Below, one piece after another: positions 1-11,641 of a DNA stretch of 39,366 nt; the first letter of the stretch is position 1; each line of letters begins with the position of its first letter. Origin of the DNA: Asterionella formosa (lineage: Eukaryota); NCBI GenBank assembly GCA_002256025.1, contig NKIB01014953.1:1-39366 (forward strand). The letters are read 5' to 3'. The notes under the pieces were generated by a model, which worked only from the letters and a program-made list of their open reading frames with translations, did no database searches and was not told the origin of the DNA. Position numbers and translations under genes: made by a program.

Positions 1-559
1 ACATACTAGTGCCTACGAGGACAAAAAGAATTATGGCACGTTACTTTGTCTATGACAAGAAAATTATTGGGTGTTTGGTTCCACCTCGAGAAAAATGTAC
101 AGGGGGGTCCAGCAACCATAGGGGGGGTCCAGGACAATGAAGTATACGGTATATGTATTTGTATGTTGAAATGGTAAAATCTCTCCGGATGTAGGATCGT
201 GCACTGCGTATGTTGTAGAATGTACACCGGCTACAATCGTCAACACCACGTATTTTATGGCTGCAGTAAGTACTGCTGTTACAAACGGTAGCTAGTGAAG
301 CGTCACCTGCATTTTGCACGTGCGATGCCAACAATAATTGAAGATATACATATTATTTAGCGGTAGTATGATATATTTTACATTTTTTACATCACACCCT
401 ACATATATATATGTATGAAAGATTTTCTTCTTATATACACCACATGATATATTCTTATGTGATAGAATCAGTCATTCTTCCGTTGTGCAGACATGAAATA
501 ATCTTACTTTCATCCAATACCAGTCCAAGTCCACTTTCGTTCATCAATTTTTCAGCATC

Positions 560-1164
560 ATGGGTGTTACAAAGGTATGATATACGCCAGCGCTTGGAAG
601 GGACGAAGGGTCGAACTGTCAAAATGATTTGGATGACATTGGAACGGGTAATGAAGTTTCTTCAATCTGTTCATTCAAAATGACCTCATAACGGCCAATA
701 AAGATACACCTTGCAGTCGAACTCATCTTTTCATTCACTTTTGCAGGATACTATTTCCCCAGGAGACGGGGTAACGTTCCCTAAGCCAGGTGACAAGCTT
801 ACCATGCACTACCAGTAAGTATGATATGGGTATCAGCTCCAAGCTTTTTTACTTTTCTCCGTTCAATTCACACGATAGTTTACCGGTACTCATATTACAA
901 ATGTTGTTATTACGCAGTGGTACGTTGGCTTCTACCGGAGCCAAGTTTGACGCCTCCCGCGATCGGGGTCGTCCATTTCAATTTACAATTGGAGTTGGAC
1001 AAGTCATTCGAGGTTGGGATGAAGGTGTAATGCAAATGAGTGTCGGAGAAAAGGCCATTCTTCACATTACAAGTGATTATGGATACGGAGCGCGAGGAGC
1101 TGGTGGAGTCATCCCTCCTAATGCTAATCTTGATTTCGAGGTTGAGTTGTTGAAGATCAACTAA
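560..1164 (+). CDS. FKBP12: FKBP12-type peptidyl-prolyl cis-trans isomerase, 3 exons (560-574, 747-814, 918-1164), 109 aa
   Basis: Introns 575-746 (GTATGA..TTGCAG) and 815-917 (GTAAGT..CGCAG) join to give [65 protein letters not shown]...[28 protein letters not shown]. Exons total 330 nt. Classic FKBP12 motifs throughout. Confidence 0.96.
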
Positions 1165-1285
1165 ATTTCAGCGGCCAAATAATACTAAGGATCCGGGAGA
1201 GTCATTTATAAAGTCCACCAAAAGAATACATAATAGCACGAAGCTTAGTACACAGGGTGAAATTACATTCTCTATCTTGTTGGAT

Positions 1286-3686
1286 CTACTTCGAATCGTT
1301 GCCTGGGACTGATTCATTTGCTCTCAGTCCCCATCCACTGAGTGACGTTTTCCCGGTTGGAGACGAAGTAGGTTCCTTGAGCATAGCGGTGTCACCACGA
1401 GCACCTTTGTTTGTATTTACAATGGGTCGTTTCGGTTTGATTCCCTTGATCACAATATCCCGGACTTCGTCGCCAGTTAATGTTTCGTATTCGAGCAATG
1501 TTTCAGCCAACAAATGGTGCGCTTTTGAATGTTTTTGAAGCAAAACTTTTGCCCTTTCGTAGGCACCTTGAGTGAGTTTCCGGACTTCACCGTCAATCTT
1601 GCTTCTAGTTTCATCAGACGCACTGTCTTGTCCAACCGGCCCTCCATGGAAGACAATTCCAACTTCATCACTAAACCCGAACTTGGTCACCATATTCCTT
1701 GCCACTCTTGTCGCAGCTTGAATATCACTCGAGGCACCGGACGTGATGTTTTCTTCTCCGAAAATGAGCTCCTCCGCGACTCGACCGCCCATTGCAACAT
1801 CCATAAACGCAATCATTTCCTTCCACGATTGTGAAGTCTGATCACCCTCTGGAAGCATCGATACCATACCAAGAGAGTTACCTCTGGGCATGATTGTAGC
1901 TTTGTGGACTGAACTTGCTCCGTCTGTCAATACAGCGACGAGCGCGTGACCTGCCTCGTGATAGGCGGTACACTTAGCAGTCGTGGCACTGATGACTGCG
2001 GTCCTTCGCTCGGCACCCATCATAATTTTGTCCTTGGCGTATTCCAAGACTGGCATTGTGACACTATTCAGGCCGTCGATGGCAGCTTTGAGTGCTGCCT
2101 GGTTCATCAAGTTGTATAGATCAGCACCAGAGAATCCAACAGTGCCGCGGGCGATCACATCCAAGTCCACGTCCTTGGCAAGTGTCGTCTTCTTCGCGTA
2201 GACCTCAAGAATTTCCTTTCTTCCACCAACGTCTGGAAGGGGAACAGTCACATGCTTATCGAATCTACCAGGCCGCAATAAGGCTTCATCAAGAGTTTCG
2301 GCGAAGTTGGTCGCACCAATTACAATGATGCCACTGTTTTCGTCGAAACCGTCCAACTGAACCAGCAATTCGTTTAGTGTCATTTTCAAAGCCGATTGGT
2401 CTTTTAACTTTCTTGATCCACCGACGGCGTCAATCTCATCGATGAATATGATTGCAGGAGACTTTTTCTTGGCTTGCTCGAAAAGCTCGCGCACTCGCTT
2501 TGCTCCAAGACCAACATAGACTTCTTCGAACTGACTTCCAGATGAATAAAAAAAAGGAACACCTGCTTCCCCGGCAATGGCTTTGGCTAGCATTGTTTTC
2601 CTGGATAACAATGGAACAGGTGAGAACATGGATCTCTGATCTCTGGACGCTATTGCTTCACTGAATTGAATTTAACACTCACCCTGTTCCTGGCGGTCCC
2701 GTCAAAAGCAACCCCCGAGGCAACTTTCCTCCCAATCGTGTAAATTTTGTAGGGTCTTTGAGATATTCTACAATCTCTTCCAGTTCAGCTTTGGCTTCGG
2801 CAACTCCCTTAACATCGTCAAATCGTACGTCGCTTCCTTCCGCTTCGTTGATGTGTTTGGTTGAGTTCATTCCACCCAAAGATCCTCCTCCAATTCCTTT
2901 TGAGTCCATTAGAGCTGACACAGCAGAAACGACAATAATAAGTACCAGGACGTGACGAGTCACTCCCCAAAAGTTGTTGCTGTTGCTTGGCACAATCTGA
3001 ACATGAAGTGGGGCTCGGGATGACTGGCCTCCTGCAAGCGACGCCATTCCAGACATGCCTGGAAGGCCCCCACCTGCATTTACAAGGGGGTTTCCCAAGA
3101 CATTAACAACAGCTGCTACTTGCTTTGACCTGTCCATTCCTTTGTTGTGCAATGCAAGTTCGCGTAAGGAATCAATCAGCAAAGGCTCAGCTCCTGAATG
3201 CTTGAGGCGCGAAATCAATCTATCCATGTTAAAATCCCTAAAGTTTTGTGTTTTTTGCATAGCGTTCAAGTATACGGCAGCACAACGTTGGTCCATGGCA
3301 TACTGTGTTTGAGAAAATCTCTGGACGACAGCTTGTGGGTACATTTGATTGAGGTCATAGAGAAAGTTAAATTGTGCATCCGCGACGTCTGGCGCCGCAG
3401 CTGCAGCTCGTTCCTTGAGCTTCAAATGGTGATCTATGTTGGAAGCATCAGCGTTACTGTTCTTGATTCGACTAGTGAATGCAGTCAAGAAGTCACGCTT
3501 TTGGATATAATGAACTCCTAGATTCTCCTGAAAACGCTGCTTTTGAAGCTCTCTGAGCTTGGCGAAGTCCTGACAGAAGCGGTTAATTGAGTCAGTCTGT
3601 ACAACATTCAGTAGAAGGTACGTGACCAAGTCAGGAGGGAAACTCACATGAAAACGAAGCTGCCCAGCGTGTAATTGACTCGGCAT
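1286..3686 (-). CDS. YME1: Mitochondrial ATP-dependent zinc metalloprotease (i-AAA, YME1/FtsH4 type), exons 3686-2683 and 2600-1286, ~772 aa
   Basis: An 82-nt intron (2682-2601, GTGAGT..TCCAG) splits Walker A (GPPGTG|KT). Walker [24 protein letters not shown] and zinc motif HEAGH are present, with a single TM helix ([16 protein letters not shown]) before the AAA domain. A possible extra 51-nt in-frame intron lies at 3647-3597. Confidence 0.93.
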
Positions 3687-3884
3687 GGATGCAATACTTT
3701 ATTTTACCCTCAGTGAGGGAAATAGAGACTGAAAAATGGCTTTGTGAGACTTGGAAGTCGAAGATGAATGTGGACGAGCGACGAAGAAAAAACCTTGTTG
3801 GGTTTGCAGTCGATGGATGGGATGCGTGGTCGCTACAGCCAAGAAAACGAACTCGCTGCCTGGACTACAAACGTGCTGTAGCTA

Positions 3885-4088
3885 CTGGTACTCCTTGGAA
3901 CGACCCTGGAACCATACCGGTACCAGGTTACCAGGTACCTGGTCTACCAGGTAGGTAGGTACCAGGCAAGTTGCGGTAATAAAGATAGCTAAATTGCCAG
4001 GTACCTGCCACGAGTATCAGGTATACAGGAGGTACCTGGTACCAGGTTTTGTATAAAACTTTCTGGTACCAGGTACCAACCTGTACCT
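3885..4088. repeat. Low-complexity tract of GGTACC/CCAGG/CCTGG palindromic motifs
   Basis: For example ccggtaccaggttaccaggtacctggtctaccaggtaggtaggtaccagg and ggtacctggtaccagg. Similar tracts occur at ~11045-11110, 27630-27685, 32900-32950, 35635-35735, 36755-36835 and 37020-37165. Confidence 0.85.
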
Positions 4089-4179
4089 GCAAGTTGCGGT
4101 CATTTTGCTTAAACTAACATTTTAATCTCGGATTAAAAAAAGCTAAATCTTTAGTTTCAGCAAAATTACCGCAACTTGC
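4089..4179. mobile_element. MITE-like element, 91 bp, with 29-bp terminal inverted repeats (copy 1)
   Basis: Left end GCAAGTTGCGGTCATTTTGCTTAAACTAA versus reverse complement of right end GCAAGTTGCGGTAATTTTGCTGAAACTAA (2 mismatches). A shorter sister unit follows at 4181-4229 and a partial end lies at ~3966-3995. Confidence 0.75.
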
Positions 4180-4754
4180 TGCAAGTTGCGGTAATGTCTT
4201 TATCTCATATATTAATAACCACAACTTGCAGTGCTGGCATCGGGGTGGGTCCCGGTAAGGACTACCGGTAACAGGGTTATATATGCCAGTGAAAAACTGC
4301 TGTGCGTGACCCACTGAGTTCTCTTACTCGTTTCGTTTGATTAGTTCGACTAAAGTTATTCCATACTTTTTTCGAGAATCAAACTTCCAGGTCTTGTTAA
4401 CCAAAGGTGTCAGCAGGTTGTGGTCATGTCGATATTCTCATTGAAGGTCGAAGACATCCTGCGATATGAACATTTTGAGGAGGATATAATTTGCCGGTAG
4501 TAAATCACAGCAGCAACTAAATTTTAATCTATAACTGTAGCTACATAATTTTGTATAACATATCAATCATGGATTACCCCCAGTTCGGTTTTTGCAAAAC
4601 CACTTTTAAGGTTTTTTGCATCCAGATTTATTGTGAGTATCTATAACACAATCACCACACAAATATACCCGCATGGCCAAGCATTTACATTAAATGCTTG
4701 CACCCATCATCACCACTGCACAATCCTCACTCCTCATCCATCTACAATGCCAAT

Positions 4755-4908
4755 TATTGGTACAGCCACCAGAAAAAACACTAGTCAAATATGATCACCC
4801 AAATTAATTATTTGGGTGGCTCAATATTGTGAATTCAGTAACATATCATACATAATTTATGAGTATGAGATCACATAGAAAAAATGATGCATCACACAAT
4901 ATATATAA
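4755..4908 (+). repeat. Dispersed repeat (probable transposon terminus), second copy at 38995-39142
   Basis: Both copies share TGGTACAGCC(A/G)CCA..AAAAAAC(A/G)CTAGTCAAATATGATCACCCAAATTAATTATTTGGGTGGC...TGATGCATCA(C/T)ACAATATATAT, including the hairpin CACCCAAAT-TAATT-ATTTGGGTG. Confidence 0.85.
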
Positions 4909-5725
4909 TACTATGTATGGCTGGATGCATCATGAAACTACATTGGGTAGCCATCATAGCTACCGGTACAACATAATTCTGGCTACCAGCACAACTTAAT
5001 TTTATCTTAAGTAAAATATTCTATATAAATCAAATAAATATGTATAAAGTTGAGGTACACATGCATCCGCGATCTCGTTGTTGTCATTGTTGCATTCATT
5101 CATGACGAACATGAAATCGAAGTCCATTGCACAGCAATGGGTGTAAAATCGTTGTTGTATCTTCATTGCAACTTCTACTTATCCTATATGAGACATTCCT
5201 GTACAGTTTCAACTCCAGCTTGCCCAATATCAAGCTCAAGAGTGTGAAACCATTGGTCATGTAGGCATGGATCTCCATGCCCAACAAAAAATAGTTCATA
5301 TAAAAAGCAAATTGTGTCGTGTCGTGCCGCTTCCGGTGTTTGATAGTAGCGCTACTCATGGAGGAAAGAAAGCTATTTGAAGCGGCATGGGAGGATGTTC
5401 TATTGGTGAGTAAAGCAACAGAATAACAACAACATGATGGATGTGATTATAACATGCCAATCCAGGCGCAAAATATTATATACCATAGATTTAGAGTTTA
5501 TGCTAATACTAGAATGAAACAACTAACAACATACCACGAAAAGAGCCAACAAATCCGTGAAAAGGACCTTCATTGTTAATTGAACCTTGAATTTTTGATC
5601 ATGGAAGGCTGTAATTCAGAGAGGAGGGCAACTAGCTAGTTTTGTCTGGTTTGGGGAAGCGGTGGTGCATCACCGTCACCCTTTTACCATGTCATGATTG
5701 TTTTCAGCTCCGCTAAATTGTAGCC

Positions 5726-5749
5726 TCCAGCTTCCAGCTTCCAGCTTCC
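5726..5749 (+). repeat. Short tandem repeat (TCCAGCT) x3.4
   Basis: tccagcttccagcttccagcttcc. Confidence 0.8.
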
Positions 5750-5789
5750 TTTCCAGTTTCTCTGATGGCCTGTACCTTCTTCTGTTGGC

Positions 5790-6410
5790 CCCATTAAATC
5801 AACAGAAGTGTTCGGCAACAGCAGCCTCAAACCATTGTTCAACTTCGTTCAAAACGAGAAAATAGCTAAGCGAAATCATCCACATAAATACCCACACACA
5901 GGGGGGAGAGCAAGGAGCGACAGGGGCCCCAAAAAAGATACACGGTTCGTGGGGACATTGTGAGAGACCAAGGGCAAGGAGGACGTCACGAAATCAAGTG
6001 AACCAGTGGCGGTGACTGCGGCAAATATTTTCTGGAGACGCCAATATGTACCAGGAGGAGAGAAGGGGCAACCATGAGGAGGCTTGATGACGACGACCTC
6101 GTCAGATGGGAGAGGGTGTGGCAGAAAGCGTTTTGACAGTCGCCCTGTTTCAGGATACAACGGCGTGCAATGGCAAGGTAAACCAGTAAGCGGAGGAAGA
6201 GTTAGCTCAGCACTGGAGCATATGTATCAGATTTGGACCAGTATTTGGTCACAAGGTTGTTGCCTAATGGACGATACAGGATTTGGCTCGAACAGGATGG
6301 CCAAGCTCATCACATTTGCTGGTGAGGACCGTCATGGAAGGAATGACAACACAACCAAATTGGGAGAGGTGTGCTGAGTCGATAATACGGAAGGTGTCTT
6401 TGTATAGTTC
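5790..6410 (-). pseudogene. Degenerate Ty1/copia reverse transcriptase fragment
   Basis: Read across frameshifts and stops: IPSMTVLTSKCDELGHPVRAKSCIV / YWSKSDTYAPVLS*LFLRLLVYLAIARRCILKQGDCQNAFC / LPSDEVVVIKPPHGCPFSPPGTYWRLQK / RSHRHWFT*FRDVLLALGLSQCPHEPCIF / VGIYVDDF. This is the ordered RVT_2 motif series, including YVDD. Confidence 0.88.
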
Positions 6411-6949
6411 CTAGATTTCTTGCCAGTGTTTAATATCCTTTGTGTACTCAAAGAGCAGTGGTTCTAGAGAAATGTTTCCAAAAGCAAAGTAAAATCCTGT
6501 TGTCATTCATTTGTGTGTATTGATAGCGGCTGTCTGTTTGTGCGTCTGCCATTTGCTTTCTCTTCCTGGCATGGTCTGCTGCATCATTACCATTTCGCAA
6601 ATCTTCTAAATTAATGTATTCAACGATTTTATAATAAGGGTTCCTGAAAGTCCTTCTTTCAGGTTGAGCTGGTCAGGTGTAGTAATCGAGGTTCTGTTGC
6701 TGTTTGGGATTCTAGCTACCATTCAATGGGACAACACCAAATTGTGTTAGCTGTATTTTAGGATTCAACAAACAGTTATAGTTCAGTGATCCCAATCCTC
6801 GCTCTGCTACCGACTTTTTGTTTTGATTAATCTTGCAAAACTTTTTCCCAAGCATGTGCAACAATTCCGACTAAGGTTGCTGTTTCTCGATTGCAAATGG
6901 AAGGTTGTGGTAGAACATAGTCATCTTGGTGAACAGGCCTTTCTATGCT

Positions 6950-8250
6950 TGTGTGAACAAGTGCATCTTGAAACATCTAGTCTGCTCCATCAAATCTTGT
7001 CCAACTTGGTGCCAGTATGATGATGTTCCATAGTATGGGACCCCAATACACACATGCCATGGATGGGGAGGGTTGTTGATTTATTCAAGGAAGGTATATG
7101 TAATCATAGTAATGGAAGAATCATGATAGTTTCTGCTATAGCTGCTGTAATTTTCTACACCTTCCATTGTCAGAGTAGATATTTTGGCTTTTATTTCTTT
7201 GTGTACCTCAGCCTGTTTATTTGTGTTACTGGTGGCTGCCACCAAATAACCTCGCTCATCTCTTTGAAAGTATTTCACTTTCTGTTTAGTCACCCAAGGG
7301 ATAAGTTCTTCTACATTGTGTACTGCATAGGGAGGAGTTGCGCCATGCATATGGCAGTTTTCCATTATTGTTTGCTTTCAACACTTCCATATTAGTAGAG
7401 ATGGTCAATAGACTTTGTTCAATCATCCTGGCATCCTGGTGGCTTTGTTTACGCAGCTTATAGACTGAGCCATCTTGCCTGAAGGCACCATAGTTGATTT
7501 CTTTCATGGCATTGTTTAGATGCATATTGTGAGACTGATGCTAAAAATAGTATGTACACATTTCCTTTCCAGTGTATGGAGGATGGGCAATTAACAGGCA
7601 CCAAACTGGAGCACCTCACTAGAACATAGTGTGGCGCAGTCTCCACATAACACATTGAGGTTGCTGGGCTCTTTGCATGACTTCAGAATCCTTCCCTTCG
7701 ACTAGAATTCCCCTTGTAAGAGAAATTTATCAGCCAATTGGCCAGGGCATGATGAAGTCATTCTTTGAACCCCAGAAAAGTGTGCAGGGGCCAACCAAGC
7801 ACTTACCTCCACCATTGACAGAATAAAAAAACCTGATCATCCAGTCCTTTAAAGATATGGGGGAATGGCGCAAATTGTTGTGGTCATCAACTTGGTGACG
7901 TTAAAATTAAAAAAGGGTTTAATGCATTTAAAGGACTTGATGACCTTCTGACCATTTTCAGTGACAGAACCTTTGACCATTGCATCATTCCAGTTTCAAC
8001 CTCTCACAAAGCCCCATAAGTCTACATTATCTTTATATGAAGTCAAAAACTCATGATAAGTGGATCAAACTTGCTTGCTCGTCATATGCAAGAACTTCAC
8101 TAGTTCAATGACGAGCTCATCAATGCTTGTTGCGCATCCATGGAACCTGTTTGCGCTGGAGTGTCCAGAAGAAAGAGAGATCAAGGTGACTGGTGCCAGG
8201 CAACTGCGCCAGCTGAGTCTTGATGACAATATCCAAATTCTTTGCGTGTC
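6950..8250 (-). mobile_element. Probable highly decayed LTR-retrotransposon gag relic
   Basis: Fragmented minus-strand frames give YKLRKQSHQDARMIEQSLLTISTNMEVL, GKLPYAWRNS, HNVEELIPW and a PIHG...HT segment resembling a CxxH-type knuckle. Many stops. The region lies in a TE island; boundaries are approximate. Confidence 0.35.
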
Positions 8251-8743
8251 AGCAACTTCATTAAGATTGGGGTCATCACTTCTGATGTGAGAATTTTCGG
8301 AATCCTTTTGAAGCTCAATGTTCCAAGTGCTATCCCCAACTACAAATGGAGGCTTCTTCTCAATGCTAGTGGCAAATTGAGCACAGCTGATCTCACTTCA
8401 TCTCTATCCCACTTCTGCTATCTACTTTTGAGGAGTGCATTTAAAGGCAGCAATGGCCCATAAGATTATTGTAATTTCGGTGTGCCCCTCCATTTTGCAC
8501 TTAAAAAGTCGCACACAACAACATCAATGCAAGAGTGTACAATTCGAATGCAGGGCATACATTTCTATAGCATTTGCCAATGAAAGAGATTGAATACAGC
8601 TAAATCTTAGAAATATTCTACTGAACATATTCATTGACCACCTGCAGGGTTCTGTACATTTAAGTCGAAATGCGTAGAAGAAACCAACACTAATTGAATT
8701 GAATATCTATCCTTACCTTCCAAAACGAATGTATGAAATGTAT

Positions 8744-10555
8744 TCACTTTCGAGAAGGAACGGTAAGACCAACTACACCAGTTCTCTTGGCTGTTCCGGA
8801 GGTGGACATATATGGACCCCAGGATGAAACGACATTGGTTTCGTCAGCCTCATCGCCAAATAGGTCCTTTGCAAATGCTTTCGCTGCCTTGACACGTCGT
8901 GACTCCTTCATGCGAATCATCTTGTTTCGGACAATCTTGCGCCAGTATGATCCATCTTCATTGGGTTGGACAACAATGACGCTACCATCAGTGTCGTCAA
9001 ACAAAACAACAGCTTGTTCACGCACTTCGCTTTCACCACCATCACCACACTCGGCACCTTCCATACCTAGGTCATCAGAAAGTACGCATTCCGTAATACC
9101 CGAATCAATAATAGCCACACGCTTGCCAACCAATTCATCGGCCCCAACCACAAGGCCAAGAGGGGCCAAGGTGGAAGGATCATACTCAACCAACATGCCA
9201 TTGAGCATACCAAGTACCCGACCACACGCCAAATACCACCAGGCAACAGTTTCCTGTGTTACACTTTCCTTCAATACAATCTTTCCATCTGCATCATAGG
9301 TAATATAAGCATCGTCTGGTTCATGGCATTCGTCTCCAGCGCAGGGCGCATAGACCTTGAAGAATTTATCGTGCTCATAGGCCTCATCCTCGTGTGCATA
9401 GACACCCACTTCGTGGTTGCAATCTGAGTAGGTAACACTTGCGTCAAGACGAATCTTTCCATCTTTTTGATGGTCGACAGTGCAAATCTCAAACCCATCC
9501 TTATTACCACGAATGATTCGCGATTGTTGACGGCCATCACGGGAGGTCCCTCCGCGCATCACGGATGTTTGGACAAAGACGCATGACCCACGATTAGGGT
9601 ATGGCCCAAGGGCGCGATCAATGGTGGGGAAAGCTGTGAGGAAACATGGGATGAGAGAAAATAGTTAGCTTCAACTGAAAAATCAAGTGTATCATAATAA
9701 TGCTTCACAAAACGCACTGATGGAATCTTGGTAATCTTGTCCCAAATGAAAATGACCACTGAACCATGCCTTGACACAGCGGTGTTCTCGGACTAGTTCA
9801 ATAAACTTTCTGCATTTTTTGTCATCGCTGTGATTGAGCCAGCAGCATCCGTTGACAACGTGGTTCTCTTGTAGGACGCGAAGTCCAGATCCGTTTGGAG
9901 GAGCATGGGTAAAGACAAAAATCTTCCATCCTTCCGAGGAGGGGTGGGCCTTGAGTGTGTCTTCAAACCATTGCATCTGCACATCATCAATCGTCACTTC
10001 ATGAGACGTGTACTTTGCGTCACGAAAGACAGTCGAGGACAACCCAACCAACAAGGTCTTGTCGGCAATGTGCCGGATAAACTGAGGAGTTGGCTTGTTA
10101 TGCGTCCTCATAAACATATCCAGGTTGGCCTGGTCTGTCGCAAATTCATCCAGTCCCTCCAAATCATGATTACCTCCAATGACTTCGTATGGAACCCCAA
10201 AGGATCCGAGGTACCCTGCGGCGAGCTCATGACATGCAGTGGTTCCTGCAAAGAGTTCTGCCGTTTCTGATGGCCTCACCGACTTGCTTTCTCCTAAATC
10301 TCCCAAAGACACGAGCGCGACATTGCCGTGCTTTTCCTTGGCTTCAGCAAAGATAGGAACAAAGTGCGAACGACCAGTCTCGTAATCTTCCATCTTGCGA
10401 GGATCCATGTGCAAATCACCGACAACGGTCACTAGGAACTCGTCGGATGCCATGAAGAGCTTTGAAGCCTTCTTTGAGAGGGGCGTGGACATAACCCATG
10501 CCTGGGTGATCGCCACAGGTAGACATATCGAGGACACGTAGATGCTGAGCTTCAT
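8744..10555 (-). CDS. Calcineurin-like metallophosphoesterase, probably plastid-targeted; exons 10555-9718 and 9633-8744, 575 aa
   Basis: An 84-nt intron (9717-9634, GTGCGT..GCTAAC..CACAG) joins QDSI-T-FPTIDRALG...QTSVMRGG in frame. Metal-binding motifs GDLH, LGDLG, GGNHD, THAPP and GHFH are present. N-terminus MKLSIYVSSICLPVAITQA-WV is a signal peptide with aromatic +1 followed by a Ser/Lys-rich transit peptide. Confidence 0.9.
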
Positions 10556-11287
10556 TCTTTCGCTTGTATTATGACAACAATATGAAAAACTATACCATTT
10601 GTTCTTAATGTGTGCCGTTGCATATATATTCCGAGTACATACGTATGCATTACCTAAAACAGGTATTATCTTACCGGTATTAGTTTATCACACAACATGG
10701 TACTCGGATTACATGATTTACCTACCGGTAGGCAGAGAAAGCTTCATCAATCGTCAGCCAATTTTGACCTTGGACATTTGCTGGTGTAGGTGGAGGGCAT
10801 GCGTGCGCATATGTAGACATGCTACGTTTTGGCATTATTTCTACATACGTAATGCTCCTTATCGAGCACTCCCACTATACCGTGGAACATAGATGAGCTG
10901 TCACTACAAACCGGTACGCATGTATTACGTGCTGTCGTTCTTGGAAACGCCACTGTACCACCCTTAGATGTTTGTCTTTCACTCCTGAGCATGAGGGAAT
11001 CTTTAACTAACTCCGTGCTTGATGCTATGTATTCATTTATTTACCCGGTTCCAGGTACTCCTTCAGATCATCCATCATATGCATAAATACCGTACCGGTA
11101 CCAGGTACTGTGCATTCTTTATGTAAGCAGCTCCACTTCTCATTCTTTATTTATTAGTTACCATACCGGGAGGCGAACGAAAAGACACGTACGAAAATTA
11201 TGCTTTTATCTAAAATTGACCTCGTATCACGTTTTCCACAAGAAATCATCCGCAAGAAAGCGAACTTCGCAAAAGTATCGTACCTGT

Positions 11288-11639
11288 TAGTTCGCAAAAC
11301 ACATAGACCATTTCACATGAACAAACTCGAACATTGCTGAAGGTAATACACGACCGAGGGTGGAGACTGCTACCTGCGAGTATTCTGCCTTGTGTTCGAG
11401 GCTTGGGAGGTGTGAGTAGGTTGACCGAATGAGTGGCGCCCCCAGCGCTGCAAGAAGGTCAACCTGCAAGGGCCTCCCAAGCCAAGTACACAAGATTACG
11501 AGTAGGCAGACTCCTCCCAAGCAGGGTATTACCTAGGCAATTCACAAACTAGCTATCGGCAAGCTTTTCGCCACTACATTGCCCTTTCAGTTAACATTGA
11601 AAACCTATTTTAGATAGTTTGTATGTTGGATGCGAACTA
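11288..11639 (+). ncRNA. Candidate structured non-coding RNA (long rod hairpin 11333-11541 plus flanking stems); identity unknown
   Basis: Nested helices: 11341-11349/11526-11534, 11389-11395/11488-11494, 11400-11411/11472-11483, 11416-11426/11457-11467 and 11434-11439/11445-11450. G-U pairs form only on the + strand. The structure is visible, but expression is unproven. Confidence 0.4.
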
Positions 11640-11641
11640 GC

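Noticed and set aside
790..917. N-terminus of the 124-aa FKBP ORF in the track
   Set aside because: Out-of-frame exon 2 plus intron 2; the spliced model restores the canonical FKBP12 N-terminus.
8733..9299. 188-aa plus-strand ORF
   Set aside because: Antisense shadow of phosphoesterase exon 2.
8744..9562. 272-aa ORF as a separate gene (likewise the two FtsH ORFs)
   Set aside because: Canonical introns join each pair in frame.
11333..11541. Rod hairpin as SRP RNA, telomerase RNA or hammerhead ribozyme
   Set aside because: No helix-8 GNRA/SRP54 motif or Alu domain, no CCCTAA template and no CUGANGA core were found on either strand by eye.
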